From: Anaerolineales bacterium
GTDB lineage: Bacteria > Chloroflexota > Anaerolineae > Anaerolineales > UBA4823
Reading direction: 5' to 3'
Assembly (NCBI GenBank): GCA_034434515.1
Contig: DAOTZA010000110.1
Coordinates: 20,429 to 84,428, forward strand
Length of the DNA: 64,000 nt
Shown here in pieces: positions 1 to 9,924 of the stretch. The position numbers and the translations under genes are program-made. The stretch's first letter is position 1. Every line of letters begins with the position of its first letter. The notes under the pieces are model-generated. The model worked only from the letters and a program-made list of their open reading frames with translations, was not told the origin of the DNA and ran no database searches.

Positions 1-153
1 GCGTTTGCAGCTGGCTTGATTGCAGCGATTGTAAAAGGAAATAACCTTTATGAAGCCTGTTTACAAGGAAATGCCTGTGGGGCAAAAGTTGTTCAGGAGC
101 TTGGTACCATAAGTTACTGGGAGAAACAACTGCAGGAAGAAATGAAAGATTAA
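1..153 (+). CDS. PfkB/ribokinase-family sugar kinase, C-terminal fragment (5' part outside the window)
   Basis: Frame 1 is open from the window edge to TAA at 151-153. The translation AFAAGLIAAIVKGNNLYEACLQGNACGAKVVQELG resembles the C-terminal end of PfkB kinases. Only 50 codons are visible. Confidence 0.4.
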   Translation, partial: AFAAGLIAAIVKGNNLYEACLQGNACGAKVVQELGTISYWEKQLQEEMKD

Positions 154-231
154 AGATTTATGAGGTGATTGTTTGGGCTTTGTGATGTTGTGTTCTTGAA
201 ACAATATTGCGCATAGCCATTAAATAAAACC

Positions 232-960
232 ATGAAACCTAACTTAACAAAAAACAACAAACAAACAAAACTACTCATCACTATCACAATCACAGCCATC
301 GCCTGCCAGACATCCCTACCAGGACTCATAGCTACGGACACTCCACTCAAAAATGAAGAACAGATAACACCAACAGCCTTCTTTCTCCTACTTACCCCCA
401 CAGCACCAAAAATAACGCCAAGTTCATTAACCCCATTGGAAATCCCCAATACAGTGGGCGAGGGGGAGGGGGTATTCACCGAGAGAGAGCAAACACCCAC
501 GCCACTTTCGACTTTTTCCCCCACATCCACCCCACAGACAATCCTGATCTATCTACAACCACAATCGCCTGTTTATCTTGTCAATTTCCTGCACCCTGAA
601 CTGGGTTGCACATGGTCAGGAGTAGCCGGACAAATTTTCAACCGTGCTGGAGAACCTGTTAATGGTTTGATTGTGGAAATCAACGGTGAATTGGATGGCA
701 ATCCATTTCTCGGTCTGGGTTTGACCGGAACGTCGCTTCCTATTGGACCAGGAGGATATGAGATTCAGCTCTCGAATAAACCACTCAAATCTAATCACTC
801 TCTACATTTACGCATTTTTGACCAACAGGGTAATCAATTGAATGAAACCCTTCCATTAGTTACGTATAATGACTGTCAGAAAAATTTAATCATAATCAAC
901 TTTACTTTTTTAAATGAGCCCCTCAAAGAAAAGACTTATTTCCCTCTCATATTTCGATAA
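232..960 (+). CDS. hypothetical membrane-anchored/exported protein with a Thr/Pro-rich linker
   Basis: 242-aa ORF with an N-terminal hydrophobic segment (LLITITITAIA), a T/P-rich low-complexity stretch, then a globular C-terminal part. No recognisable catalytic motif. Confidence 0.5.
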   Translation: MKPNLTKNNKQTKLLITITITAIACQTSLPGLIATDTPLKNEEQITPTAFFLLLTPTAPKITPSSLTPLEIPNTVGEGEGVFTEREQTPTPLSTFSPTSTPQTILIYLQPQSPVYLVNFLHPELGCTWSGVAGQIFNRAGEPVNGLIVEINGELDGNPFLGLGLTGTSLPIGPGGYEIQLSNKPLKSNHSLHLRIFDQQGNQLNETLPLVTYNDCQKNLIIINFTFLNEPLKEKTYFPLIFR

Positions 961-966
961 GCAGAC

Positions 967-1539
967 ATGGCGTTTAGGTTTTCTTTTAATCACTTTGACT
1001 GGATCGCTCCTATATACGATCGCCTCATTCCTGGATCAAACATTGAGCTGCTAATCCATCACGGAAACTTTCCATGTGATGGTAAAGTATTAGATGTGGG
1101 GGGAGGTACAGGAAGAGTAACCCGTGAACTGCTTAATATCCAACCCAACGTCATCCTTGTAGATAGCAGTCTTGGAATGTTAAGAGTAGCCAACCAAAAC
1201 CTGAGAATCAATCTTACTCTCTGTATGGCAGAGAAATTGCCCTTCTTGTCTGACAGCTTTGAAAGGGTGATTCTGATTGACACATTGCACCATGTATTGG
1301 ATGCATCCATTGCCTTGAGAGAATGCCTGCGTGTCCTCAAAGACGATGGGCTGCTAATCATCCAAGAGCCAGATATCGAACAGTGGGGTGGAAAACTTAT
1401 AGCTCTGTTTGAAAAATTACTCCTTATGCGCAGCCATTTATTAAGCATCAAAGAGGTACAAAATTTCCTTGTGCCGTTTGCAAAAGAAATTATGGTCGAG
1501 CGTGGTTATCAACAATATTGGATTGTGTGTCGCAAATGA
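967..1539 (+). CDS. class I SAM-dependent methyltransferase
   Basis: Motif I VLDVGGGTGR and the downstream acidic loop LVDSS are typical of Methyltransf_11/25-type enzymes. Confidence 0.8.
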   Translation: MAFRFSFNHFDWIAPIYDRLIPGSNIELLIHHGNFPCDGKVLDVGGGTGRVTRELLNIQPNVILVDSSLGMLRVANQNLRINLTLCMAEKLPFLSDSFERVILIDTLHHVLDASIALRECLRVLKDDGLLIIQEPDIEQWGGKLIALFEKLLLMRSHLLSIKEVQNFLVPFAKEIMVERGYQQYWIVCRK

Positions 1540-1541
1540 TC

Positions 1542-2630
1542 TCAACAAATCCGGGGCAACAATTCTCCAGACAGCATGTCAATGAGACGTGTACTGCCCA
1601 TGGTCGTTTTGAGTAGCACTTTTTTAGGATGTTCTGCGACGACTTGACCGATTACTGTAGCTTGATTGCCGTATTTGTTAGCTTGAATGGCTTTCAAGAC
1701 CCGATCTGTGCCGGTTGGATCGACAAAAAACACACATTTCCCCTCGTTTGCCATATAGAGTGGGTCAAAACCTAACATCTCACAAACGGAAACCACCGTC
1801 TCTTTAACCGGAATAACAGCCTCATCAACGATGATCCCTACATTAGATTGGCGGGCTATCTCATTAAGGGTTGTTGCCAATCCTCCACGGGTTGGGTCTC
1901 GCATGGCATGAATTGCATTGCCTTGCCCCTGTTCGCCTGCTTCCAGAGCCTCTGCAATTAAGTGGTTAAGCGGAGCAACATCGCTTTCCAAATCGGATAG
2001 AAAACCCAAATCTCCCCGCGCCTGCAATACAGCTACACCATGCTCGCCTAGTGGACCGGACAAAATGATCTGATCACCAACTTTGGCATTGCGTCCACTA
2101 ATTTGAAGAGCTCTAGGACGAACACCAATTCCACTCGTGTTAATAAATATTCCATCCCCTTTACCCCGTTCGACAACCTTCGTGTCTCCAGCAACAATGG
2201 CAACCCCAGCTTCTTTGGCAGACATTGCCATGGAAGAGACGATGTACTCCAGCACCTCGACTTGGAGACCCTCCTCTAAGATAAAGCCAGCTGTCAGATA
2301 CAAGGGTCTTGCACCCATCACTGCGACATCGTTTACTGTCCCACAAACAGCCAGCTTACCAATGTCACCACCCGGAAAGAAAATAGGTGAGATTACATGC
2401 GAATCGGTACTGACGACAATTTCCGACTCGCGCTCGATAGCCGGCAATGCAACACCATCATCGCCCTGGTCAAGCAACGGATTAGTGAAATGGGTTGCAA
2501 AAACTCTTTGAATGAGGTCATAAGTCAATCTTCCTCCACTGCCATGTCCGATGACAATCTGTTCGGAATGGGTGAGGGGCAGGGGACAGTATGCTCCTAA
2601 AAAATCTATCGTTTGATGTTCGTCAGACAT
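1542..2630 (-). CDS. hypE: hydrogenase maturation protein HypE (carbamoyl dehydratase)
   Basis: 362 aa with AIR-synthase-like repeats and the diagnostic C-terminal PRIC tail. Its start overlaps the hypD stop by 8 nt. Confidence 0.95.
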   Translation of the reverse strand: MSDEHQTIDFLGAYCPLPLTHSEQIVIGHGSGGRLTYDLIQRVFATHFTNPLLDQGDDGVALPAIERESEIVVSTDSHVISPIFFPGGDIGKLAVCGTVNDVAVMGARPLYLTAGFILEEGLQVEVLEYIVSSMAMSAKEAGVAIVAGDTKVVERGKGDGIFINTSGIGVRPRALQISGRNAKVGDQIILSGPLGEHGVAVLQARGDLGFLSDLESDVAPLNHLIAEALEAGEQGQGNAIHAMRDPTRGGLATTLNEIARQSNVGIIVDEAVIPVKETVVSVCEMLGFDPLYMANEGKCVFFVDPTGTDRVLKAIQANKYGNQATVIGQVVAEHPKKVLLKTTMGSTRLIDMLSGELLPRIC

Positions 2631-3741
2631 GATTTATTTCAGGAGACTTAAGAGACCGTGAATACTGATAATAGGCTGCACAAGCGCCTTCTGAGGAGAC
2701 CATGGTTGCCCCCAGGGGATTTTGGGGGGTACAGAGCGTACCAAAGGCAGAACACTCATAGGGCTTCTTGAGCCCTTGCAAAACTAAGCCGGCAATGCAC
2801 AAGGGCGATTCTTGCGCTTCAATCTCCTGAGTATCAAAGCGAAGTTCTGCATCATATTTCCTGTATGCATCCCGCAACTTCCAACCGCTTTTTGGAATCG
2901 TTCCGATTCCACGCCACTTTCGATCACACACCTCAAAAACCCGTGTTATCACCTTTTGGGCTGCCTGATTTCCTTCACAGGTAACCAACCGAGAATAAGC
3001 ATTTTCCACCTCGAACGTTCCGTTCTCAAGCTGTCGCACTACCCGATAGACACCCTCCAAAATGTCTAAAGGTTCAAAGCCTGTGACGACAATCGGGACG
3101 CGGTACTCTTGCGCAATCGGTAAGTACTCCCAATATCCCATCACGGTACAGACATGTCCGGCAGCGAGAAAACCTTGCACGCGATTGCTTGGCGATCCAA
3201 GAATAGCTCGCATTGCTGGCGGAACACAGACATGCGAAACCAGCAGACTGAAATTTTCAATCCCCATCGCTTCAGCTTGCAATACACTCATCGCATTAGC
3301 AGGGGCAGTTGTTTCAAACCCAATGGCAAAAAAGACAACCTCTTTCTGGGGATTCTCCTGAGCGATCTTCAAGCTATCCAGGGGAGAATAAACAACCCGC
3401 ACATCGCCGCCGTTTGCCTTCACGCTAAACAAATCACCCTTCGAACCAGGTACGCGCAACATGTCCCCATAGGAGGTAAATATGACATTCGGCAGTGAGG
3501 CAATCTGAAGCGCTTTGTCAACCAGCTCCAATGAAGTTACACAAATCGGACAACCTGGCCCATGAATAAACTCAATCTCCGGTGGCAATAACTGGTCGAG
3601 TCCAAATTTCTTTATCGCATGAGTTTGACCGCCACAAATCTCCATAATTGCCCAGGGGCGTGTTACCAGCTTTTCAATCTGGCGGAGCTTAGCCTGGACA
3701 AGTCTGGCATCTCGAAAACCATAACGAAGCTTGGTATCCAT
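2623..3741 (-). CDS. hypD: hydrogenase maturation protein HypD
   Basis: 372 aa with the CGGQTH and GPGCPICVT motifs characteristic of HypD. Lies in a hyp gene string. Confidence 0.95.
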   Translation of the reverse strand: MDTKLRYGFRDARLVQAKLRQIEKLVTRPWAIMEICGGQTHAIKKFGLDQLLPPEIEFIHGPGCPICVTSLELVDKALQIASLPNVIFTSYGDMLRVPGSKGDLFSVKANGGDVRVVYSPLDSLKIAQENPQKEVVFFAIGFETTAPANAMSVLQAEAMGIENFSLLVSHVCVPPAMRAILGSPSNRVQGFLAAGHVCTVMGYWEYLPIAQEYRVPIVVTGFEPLDILEGVYRVVRQLENGTFEVENAYSRLVTCEGNQAAQKVITRVFEVCDRKWRGIGTIPKSGWKLRDAYRKYDAELRFDTQEIEAQESPLCIAGLVLQGLKKPYECSAFGTLCTPQNPLGATMVSSEGACAAYYQYSRSLKSPEINHV

Positions 3742-3744
3742 ACG

Positions 3745-3996
3745 TTAGTCCTGTCTGGGTAATTCCTCTTCCAGGTTGACGATTTCGTTTAGCAAAGCGA
3801 GGGTTTCATTTGCCTCCTCTTCACTAATTACATTCAGCGCAAAGCCCACATGAACTAGCACATATTCCCCCACCTGTGCTTCAGGCACGTAGGTAAGGCA
3901 AGCCTCACGTACGACACCACCAAAATCAATTTTGCCCATGGTAAGGCCATTGGTTTCATATATCTCCACAATCTTTCCTGGCACACCTAAACACAT
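3745..3996 (-). CDS. hypC: hydrogenase maturation chaperone HypC
   Basis: The MCLGVPGKIVEI N-terminus is HypC-type, with the essential Cys directly after Met. AGGAGA lies 7 nt upstream of ATG 3996. The ORF-track start at 4044 would add 16 aa and overlap hypF. Confidence 0.9.
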   Translation of the reverse strand: MCLGVPGKIVEIYETNGLTMGKIDFGGVVREACLTYVPEAQVGEYVLVHVGFALNVISEEEANETLALLNEIVNLEEELPRQD

Positions 3997-4018
3997 CTCA
4001 CACTCTCCTGTAAATTCT

Positions 4019-6355
4019 TTAATGACCGAAAACTTTTGCTGCAATAGCTACCTGCCCTACTGAAATGCCACCGTCGTTCGCCGGAACATCTCGATGAGTC
4101 AATACCTGAAACCCTGCTTCTTTCAACAACTCAAAAGCCTGTTCCAATAGCGTTATATTTTGCCACACTCCACCACTCAGGGCAATCGATTGAATACCAG
4201 TCTCTTTGCGGATCATCTGACAGACCTCCAAAACAATCTCCGCTATAGTGCGATGAAAACGCCCTGAAATGATTGCCGGCGAAACACCATTAAGAAAATC
4301 ACTTAAAATCGATTGAATCGTCTTGACTACACTGATTTGGACAGGTAACTTGAACCCGTCTTGAGCAAATAGCAAGTCATAAGGATATGGAATTTTTCTC
4401 TCTTTTGAATAAATTGCTTCCAATTCGATAGCCGCTTGCGCTTCGTAATTGATTGACTGACGCACGCCAATCAGGGAAGCAACTAGATCAAACATTCTGC
4501 CCATACTGGAGGTGTTGACTAGGTTAATCTTATGATGTAATTGGGAATGAAGCAGTTGGCGTTCATCGGCGCAAAGGGCTTGAATAGGCGGAAGGTTCTC
4601 TGGAGTTTCTATTCCAAAATATTCAAGATAAGCCAAGGCAATCCGGGCCGGAAACCGGATTGAACGGTCTCCGCCTGGCAGAGGGAAATATTGCAGATGA
4701 GCTGCTCGTGTATAAGTATGATAAGAGGCAATCAAAAACTCTCCACCCCAAATTGCTCCATCATCACCATACCCTGTACCGTCGAATGAAACGCCGATGA
4801 TTGGGTCATCTGTTTGCCAATCATTATCAGCTAAACAACTGGCAATATGGGCGTGATGGTGTTGAATGGCCATGCAGGGGATTTGCTCTTGTTGTGAGCG
4901 CTCAAGAGCATAGCGAGTAGATAAATAGTTTGGATGCTTGTCGTGTGCTATGACTTCCGGTCGGATGCGGAATAAAGTTTGATAATGCTCGATTCCCTCC
5001 TCAAAAGATTGGTACGTTTCGTAATTCTCCAAATCACCAATATGATGGCTGAGGAAGGCATATTCATCCCGAGTCAGGCAAAAGGTATTTTTTAATTCTG
5101 CACCAACTGCTAGGATTTGAGGAACTTTCCAGGGCAGACGTAGCGGATTCGGAGCATAACCACGCGATCTTCGAACGGGGTAAAAATGAGGCTCATTACC
5201 AAGTGAAATTGAACGGACAACCGAATCATCACAGCGGACGTGAATCGGTCGGTTGTGTAGCAAAAACGCATCTGCAAGGGGTGCTAATTGAGCCAGCGCC
5301 TGATCGTTATCGATGGCAATCGGCTCTTCGGAAAGATTTCCACTGGTGAGAACGATCGCTTCCACAGGATATTCATGGTAAGCCTGCTGGTCAAAATTAT
5401 AGAACAACAAATAGTGCAATGGGCTGTAGGGTAGCATAACGCCCAGGAAATTCTGCTTCGGAGCTGTGCCAGGGACAATGGATGAACCTGGTCTTTTCGG
5501 CAATAAAACAATTGGACGTTCTCTGGAGGTCAATAACTGCATCGCGGCTGGGGTGAGAAAACAATGCCGCTCAACAACTTCCAGATCGGGCATCATCAGT
5601 GCAAAGGGTTTATCCACCCTACGCTTACGTTCACGTAATGTGGCAACTGCCTCAGGGTTTTGGGCATCACAGGCGAGGTGAAAGCCACCAATGCCCTTGA
5701 TTGCCACAACACGACCAGCTTTGAGCAGTTTTTGAACCGCGCGAATTAGATCAACATCCGCGCTGTTTGTGACTTCTTGCCCGCCGATCACCAGGCTCAG
5801 GTGAGGCCCACAGACTGCACAAGCTACCGGTTGAGCATGAAAGCGCCGATTTTCCGGGTCGTGGTATTCAGCAGCGCAATCTGGACATAATGGAAAGCCT
5901 GCCATGGTAGTATTCGGACGGTCATAGGGGATCGTCTTTGTTATCGTAAAACGCGGGCCGCAGTTTGTGCAGTTGATAAAGGGGTAGAGATATCTGCGAT
6001 TTTGCGGGTCAAAAAGTTCCTGTAAACAATCTGCACAGATCGAGATGTCGGGAGAAATAGGAATAAAAGCCGTCTCGATATCTTGGGACTCGATGATTTC
6101 AAACTTAGTGAAATGATTCTCGGCGACAGGCGTAATTTCGATTTGATCAATCCGAGAAAGCGGTGGTGCTTCCACACTTAGCCGGTCGATAAAATGGGCA
6201 ATAGCCTCTTCTTGTCCTTCAACGAGAATCTCAACCCCTGCGCTGGTATTTTTAACCCAGCCAAGCAAATTTTCCTGATGAGCTAATTTATAAACAAAAG
6301 GCCGAAAACCAACACCTTGAACAATACCAGTAATACGAATATACCTACCAGCCAT
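4019..6355 (-). CDS. hypF: carbamoyltransferase HypF
   Basis: 778 aa with an acylphosphatase-like N-terminus (RITGIVQGVGFRPFVY), two CxxC-x18-CxxC zinc-finger pairs, and YrdC-like and Kae1-like domains. Confidence 0.95.
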   Translation of the reverse strand: MAGRYIRITGIVQGVGFRPFVYKLAHQENLLGWVKNTSAGVEILVEGQEEAIAHFIDRLSVEAPPLSRIDQIEITPVAENHFTKFEIIESQDIETAFIPISPDISICADCLQELFDPQNRRYLYPFINCTNCGPRFTITKTIPYDRPNTTMAGFPLCPDCAAEYHDPENRRFHAQPVACAVCGPHLSLVIGGQEVTNSADVDLIRAVQKLLKAGRVVAIKGIGGFHLACDAQNPEAVATLRERKRRVDKPFALMMPDLEVVERHCFLTPAAMQLLTSRERPIVLLPKRPGSSIVPGTAPKQNFLGVMLPYSPLHYLLFYNFDQQAYHEYPVEAIVLTSGNLSEEPIAIDNDQALAQLAPLADAFLLHNRPIHVRCDDSVVRSISLGNEPHFYPVRRSRGYAPNPLRLPWKVPQILAVGAELKNTFCLTRDEYAFLSHHIGDLENYETYQSFEEGIEHYQTLFRIRPEVIAHDKHPNYLSTRYALERSQQEQIPCMAIQHHHAHIASCLADNDWQTDDPIIGVSFDGTGYGDDGAIWGGEFLIASYHTYTRAAHLQYFPLPGGDRSIRFPARIALAYLEYFGIETPENLPPIQALCADERQLLHSQLHHKINLVNTSSMGRMFDLVASLIGVRQSINYEAQAAIELEAIYSKERKIPYPYDLLFAQDGFKLPVQISVVKTIQSILSDFLNGVSPAIISGRFHRTIAEIVLEVCQMIRKETGIQSIALSGGVWQNITLLEQAFELLKEAGFQVLTHRDVPANDGGISVGQVAIAAKVFGH

Positions 6356-6374
6356 GTCATTTAAGCCCGTTCCG

Positions 6375-7043
6375 TTAACCTTCTCGATATTCGCCGATAT
6401 TATTCTTCAGCCATTGAAACCAGTTATCTAATCCTTCACCACTTCGACAAGAGACTAAAACCAATTCTACGGCAGGATTAAGCGCTTGCAAACCTTTACG
6501 GAAGAAATCGATATCAAAATCTACATAGGGTAATAAATCGATCTTATTTAACAGGACATAATCAACCCCACGATACATGGATGGGTATTTATGAGGTTTA
6601 TCGTGACCTTCTGGGACAGAAGCCACAAGCACATTGCAAGATGTTCCAAGTTCGAAGCTTGCCGGGCAGACCAGATTCCCTACATTTTCGACAATTAATA
6701 AATCATACTGGCTCAAGTCAGCTTGAATTAAAGCTTTGTTGAGCATCACGGCGTCCAAATGGCAATCGCCACCGGTGTTAATTTGGATCGCAGCCGCTCC
6801 GGCCGCAATGGCTCGATCGGCATCAAAGGTTGTGGCGATATCCCCATCAATGACCAGAATGCGATAGTCCTGTGAAAGCTTCTTTACGGTTTGCTCAATG
6901 AGAGAAGTTTTCCCAGCACCTGGAGCGGCCATCAAGTTGATTGAAAAGAGTCGTGCCTCTTGGAGCAAATGGCGATTTTGCTCGGCAATGGCATCATTGG
7001 CGCTGAGGATGTTTTGTATTATTTGGATGCGTTGTTCACTCAT
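6375..7043 (-). CDS. hypB: hydrogenase nickel-incorporation GTPase HypB
   Basis: P-loop GAPGAGKTSL, a CH motif (GGDCHLDA) and NKIDL. 4-nt overlap with hypA. Confidence 0.93.
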   Translation of the reverse strand: MSEQRIQIIQNILSANDAIAEQNRHLLQEARLFSINLMAAPGAGKTSLIEQTVKKLSQDYRILVIDGDIATTFDADRAIAAGAAAIQINTGGDCHLDAVMLNKALIQADLSQYDLLIVENVGNLVCPASFELGTSCNVLVASVPEGHDKPHKYPSMYRGVDYVLLNKIDLLPYVDFDIDFFRKGLQALNPAVELVLVSCRSGEGLDNWFQWLKNNIGEYREG

Positions 7044-7384
7044 GTTTCTATGTCGATCGCTTCTAAGTAGAATTCTTCACCACTGAGGATTTTGATACGA
7101 GTACTGCCACAAGAAGGGCAATAGATCACGTTACCATCCAACTGATAGACGGTGCTACAATCCAGACACTCAAAGGACGCTGAAACTCGCCGAAAGATCA
7201 ATTCTGCTTGTTCTGCTGGAGTATTTTTGGCAATAATCTCCCAGTAAAATTGAACAGATTCATCCACAATCGAGGAAAGTTCGCCGATAACCAGATAGAT
7301 CTTGGTAACTTTCGCGGCGTTTGCTTTTCCAGCATGATCGAGAACTATGTTCAGAATGCTTTGGGTTACCGCGAGTTCATGCAT
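7040..7384 (-). CDS. hypA: hydrogenase nickel-insertion protein HypA
   Basis: MHE N-terminus and the zinc motif CLDC...CPSCGS. 114 aa. Confidence 0.9.
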   Translation of the reverse strand: MHELAVTQSILNIVLDHAGKANAAKVTKIYLVIGELSSIVDESVQFYWEIIAKNTPAEQAELIFRRVSASFECLDCSTVYQLDGNVIYCPSCGSTRIKILSGEEFYLEAIDIET

Positions 7385-7415
7385 CCATAGCGCTCAGAGA
7401 TTACTTACTAAAGGG

Positions 7416-7619
7416 TTATTCTTTGCTCGCTTCAGGTTTCTCGACTGCTTCGGTTTTCTTTTCGGTTGTTTCCTCCGTAGAAGATTGCAAACCTTCTTTG
7501 AAGGCGCGAATCCCTTTTCCAAATTCACCGGCTACTTTACTGATTCGCCCGACGCCAAATAGTAAGATGACAATGAAAAGGATGATCAGTAACTCAGCAC
7601 CTTGAGGTAAATTAAACAT
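7416..7619 (-). CDS. tatA: twin-arginine translocase subunit TatA/E
   Basis: 67 aa with one TM helix followed by FG...KVAGEFGKGIRAFKEG, the amphipathic helix typical of TatA. Confidence 0.85.
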   Translation of the reverse strand: MFNLPQGAELLIILFIVILLFGVGRISKVAGEFGKGIRAFKEGLQSSTEETTEKKTEAVEKPEASKE

Positions 7620-7647
7620 AGAGGTACTCCTTCATCATTAGTATTAT

Positions 7648-7676
7648 TTGAAGATTAGGTTGATTTCAATTATACT
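7648..7676 (+). promoter_or_regulatory. sigma-70-type promoter of trmFO (TTGAAG-17-TATACT), placed for a leaderless mRNA
   Basis: TTGAAG at 7648-7653, a 17-nt spacer, and TATACT at 7671-7676. The trmFO ATG at 7685 is only 8 nt past the -10, and there is no Shine-Dalgarno. Confidence 0.5.
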
Positions 7677-7684
7677 ACGCAAAT

Positions 7685-9040
7685 ATGAAAGAACCTGAGC
7701 TGGTTGTAGTTGGTGGTGGTTTAGCGGGTTGTGAAGCTGCATGGCAGGCTGCACAACGGGGCGTTCGAGTGTGTCTGTACGAAATGCGACCATTGGTGAG
7801 TACCGGGGCGCATGGTACCGATCGGTTGGCTGAACTTATTTGTTCTAACTCACTTGGTGCAAACCAAATTGACCGCGCAACCGGCTTATTGCTCCATGAA
7901 CTGCGCCTGTTGGGTTCGTTGCTTATCCGCTGTGCCGATGAGACCGCCATTCCAGCCGGTAGAGCTTTAGCCGTTGATCGGGAAAAGTTTTCCTTAGCGG
8001 TGACTCAAGCTATTCTCTCACACTCAAACATTGTGGTTGTACGAGAAGAGATCAAGGCAATCCCCCAAAACCCCGCCATCATTGCCTCTGGGCCTCTAAC
8101 TTCCCCAAGCCTTTCAACTGCAATCGCCCACTTTCTGGGACAATCAAATCTGTATTTCTACGATGCTATCTCGCCGATTGTCGAGGCTGATACGATTGAC
8201 ATGAAGATTGCCTTCCGAGCAAGCCGCTATGATCAGGAAGGGGAGGGAGATTACATCAATTGTCCCATGAACAAAGAAGAGTATGAGCGCTTTGTCGAGG
8301 AATTGATCAAGGCTGAACGAATCCCCTTGCGCTCTTTTGAAGAACAAATTGAAAGCGGGGTAACAAGTGGCAAAGGACCATTTTTCGAAGCTTGTTTGCC
8401 GATTGAAATTTTAGCCAGGCGTGGTAAAGATGCCCTTGCATTTGGGCCACTTAGACCGGTCGGCTTAAGAGACCCAAAAACCGGTAAACGCCCCTATGCG
8501 GTGGTACAGTTGCGTCAGGACAATCTTGCTGGCACGCTTTACAACATGGTTGGCTTTCAAACTAATCTTACCTTCCCAGAGCAAAAAAGAGTTTTTCGTT
8601 TGATTCCCGGCCTGGAACATGCCGAATTCAGCCGTTTCGGTCAGATGCATCGCAATACCTACGTATTTGCTCCACAAGCCCTTAAGCCAACTCTTCAGAC
8701 CATACGGCGGCCCGATCTATTTCTTGCCGGACAACTGATCGGCGTCGAGGGCTATGCCGGAAACATCGCCAGCGGTTGGTTAGCAGGCATCAATGCAGCT
8801 CGTTTTCTCAGAGGGAAACCGCTCCTAGAATTGCCGCGAGAAACAATGTTCGGCAGCTTGATGTATTACATCACCCATGCTAACGAAAAGGACTTTCAGC
8901 CCATGAAAGCTAATTTTGGTCTTCTTCCTTGCAATGAAAGTGAACGGTTACGGAACAAAAAAGAGCGGCATCAATATTTTGCCCAGAGAGCTCACAATAT
9001 CCTTGAACGATGGTGGAGAGAATTCGGTGATTCGAGATAA
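7685..9040 (+). CDS. trmFO: methylenetetrahydrofolate--tRNA-(uracil54-C5)-methyltransferase TrmFO
   Basis: FAD fold [16 protein letters not shown], followed by CSNSLG and GQLIGVEGY motifs typical of TrmFO/Gid. Confidence 0.93.
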   Translation: MKEPELVVVGGGLAGCEAAWQAAQRGVRVCLYEMRPLVSTGAHGTDRLAELICSNSLGANQIDRATGLLLHELRLLGSLLIRCADETAIPAGRALAVDREKFSLAVTQAILSHSNIVVVREEIKAIPQNPAIIASGPLTSPSLSTAIAHFLGQSNLYFYDAISPIVEADTIDMKIAFRASRYDQEGEGDYINCPMNKEEYERFVEELIKAERIPLRSFEEQIESGVTSGKGPFFEACLPIEILARRGKDALAFGPLRPVGLRDPKTGKRPYAVVQLRQDNLAGTLYNMVGFQTNLTFPEQKRVFRLIPGLEHAEFSRFGQMHRNTYVFAPQALKPTLQTIRRPDLFLAGQLIGVEGYAGNIASGWLAGINAARFLRGKPLLELPRETMFGSLMYYITHANEKDFQPMKANFGLLPCNESERLRNKKERHQYFAQRAHNILERWWREFGDSR

Positions 9041-9041
9041 A

Positions 9042-9923
9042 TTGCGTATAGGTATATTTTTGGCCCTAATCCTGTTGTTGACAACGGGGGGTGGTTGTAA
9101 TTCCCGCCAGGCTGAAGTTTTCCATGCGAATCAAGTCTCTCAAGTTGAACAAGACTTGTCATTTCAAGTAAACTGTGGTCCAAGAACACCTGGCTCTACA
9201 TGTCATCAGCGCATTCAAGATTGGATCGCGTTAAGCCTTAAGGAGCAGAACTGGCAAGTTGAACCCCAATCCTTTTCGGTTGGTCAAATTCGGGGCACGA
9301 ATATCATTGGAAAGTATGGAAATGGAGCAAAATTCATTATCATTGGCGCCCACTATGATTCGCGATTTACATCCGACCAGGAGAAACAAGCTGAACTTCG
9401 CGAGCAGCCCGTGCCTGGGGCTAATGATGGCGCTTCTGGAGTTGCGTTGTTACTGTTGTTATCCAGAGAAATCCCACGACAAATTCCTCCTGCTGAGCAA
9501 ACTATCTGGCTGGTATTTTTTGACTTAGAGGATAATGGGAATTACCCTGGATGGGATTGGATCTTAGGTTCTACAGCCTTCGCCAGTTCCCTTACCGAAA
9601 CCCCATCTGCTGTTATTGTCGCTGACATGATCGGCGATCGAGACTTGAATATTTTCATGGAACACAACTCAACCGATGAGCTGAATCAGGAAATATGGCA
9701 AACAGCGCATCAGCTTGGCTATGAAGAATTTTTCATTTCTCAGCTAAAATATCGGATGATAGACGACCATATACCCTTTGTCCAACGCGGTTTCCCAACC
9801 ACTCTGCTGATTGACTTCGATTATCCCTATTGGCATACCACCCAAGATACATTGGATAAGGTTTCCGCTCAAAGTATTCTCATTGTCTATGATACACTTA
9901 TTAACTGGATAAGAAAGCAATGA
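9042..9923 (+). CDS. M28-family metallopeptidase / glutaminyl-cyclase-like lipoprotein
   Basis: GANDGASGVALLLLLSR, DLEDNG and HTTQDTLDKV are M28 metal-ligand motifs. The start is taken at TTG 9042, just after the trmFO stop, which gives a signal/lipobox-like LLLTTGGGC. The ORF-track start at 8916 would overlap trmFO by 125 nt. Confidence 0.72.
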   Translation: MRIGIFLALILLLTTGGGCNSRQAEVFHANQVSQVEQDLSFQVNCGPRTPGSTCHQRIQDWIALSLKEQNWQVEPQSFSVGQIRGTNIIGKYGNGAKFIIIGAHYDSRFTSDQEKQAELREQPVPGANDGASGVALLLLLSREIPRQIPPAEQTIWLVFFDLEDNGNYPGWDWILGSTAFASSLTETPSAVIVADMIGDRDLNIFMEHNSTDELNQEIWQTAHQLGYEEFFISQLKYRMIDDHIPFVQRGFPTTLLIDFDYPYWHTTQDTLDKVSAQSILIVYDTLINWIRKQ

Positions 9924-9924
9924 G

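Noticed and set aside
150-530. 126-aa minus-strand ORF antisense to the 232-960 gene
   Set aside because: It lies entirely within, or opposite to, a longer ORF. Its low-complexity translation mirrors the Thr/Pro-rich region on the other strand. There is no start context. It was treated as a shadow ORF, as were the many other short antisense ORFs in the track (for example 1059-1451, 2137-2511, 3062-3498, 37433-37924, 40096-40467, 60740-61162).
3997-4044. Longer hypC start at 4044 overlapping the hypF 3' end
   Set aside because: HypC function requires Cys directly after the initiator Met. ATG 3996 gives MCLGVPG and has an AGGAGA site 7 nt upstream.
8916-9041. ORF-track start of the M28 peptidase inside trmFO
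   Set aside because: It would overlap trmFO by 125 nt in another frame. TTG 9042, right after the trmFO stop, yields a plausible signal/lipobox N-terminus. The exact start remains uncertain.
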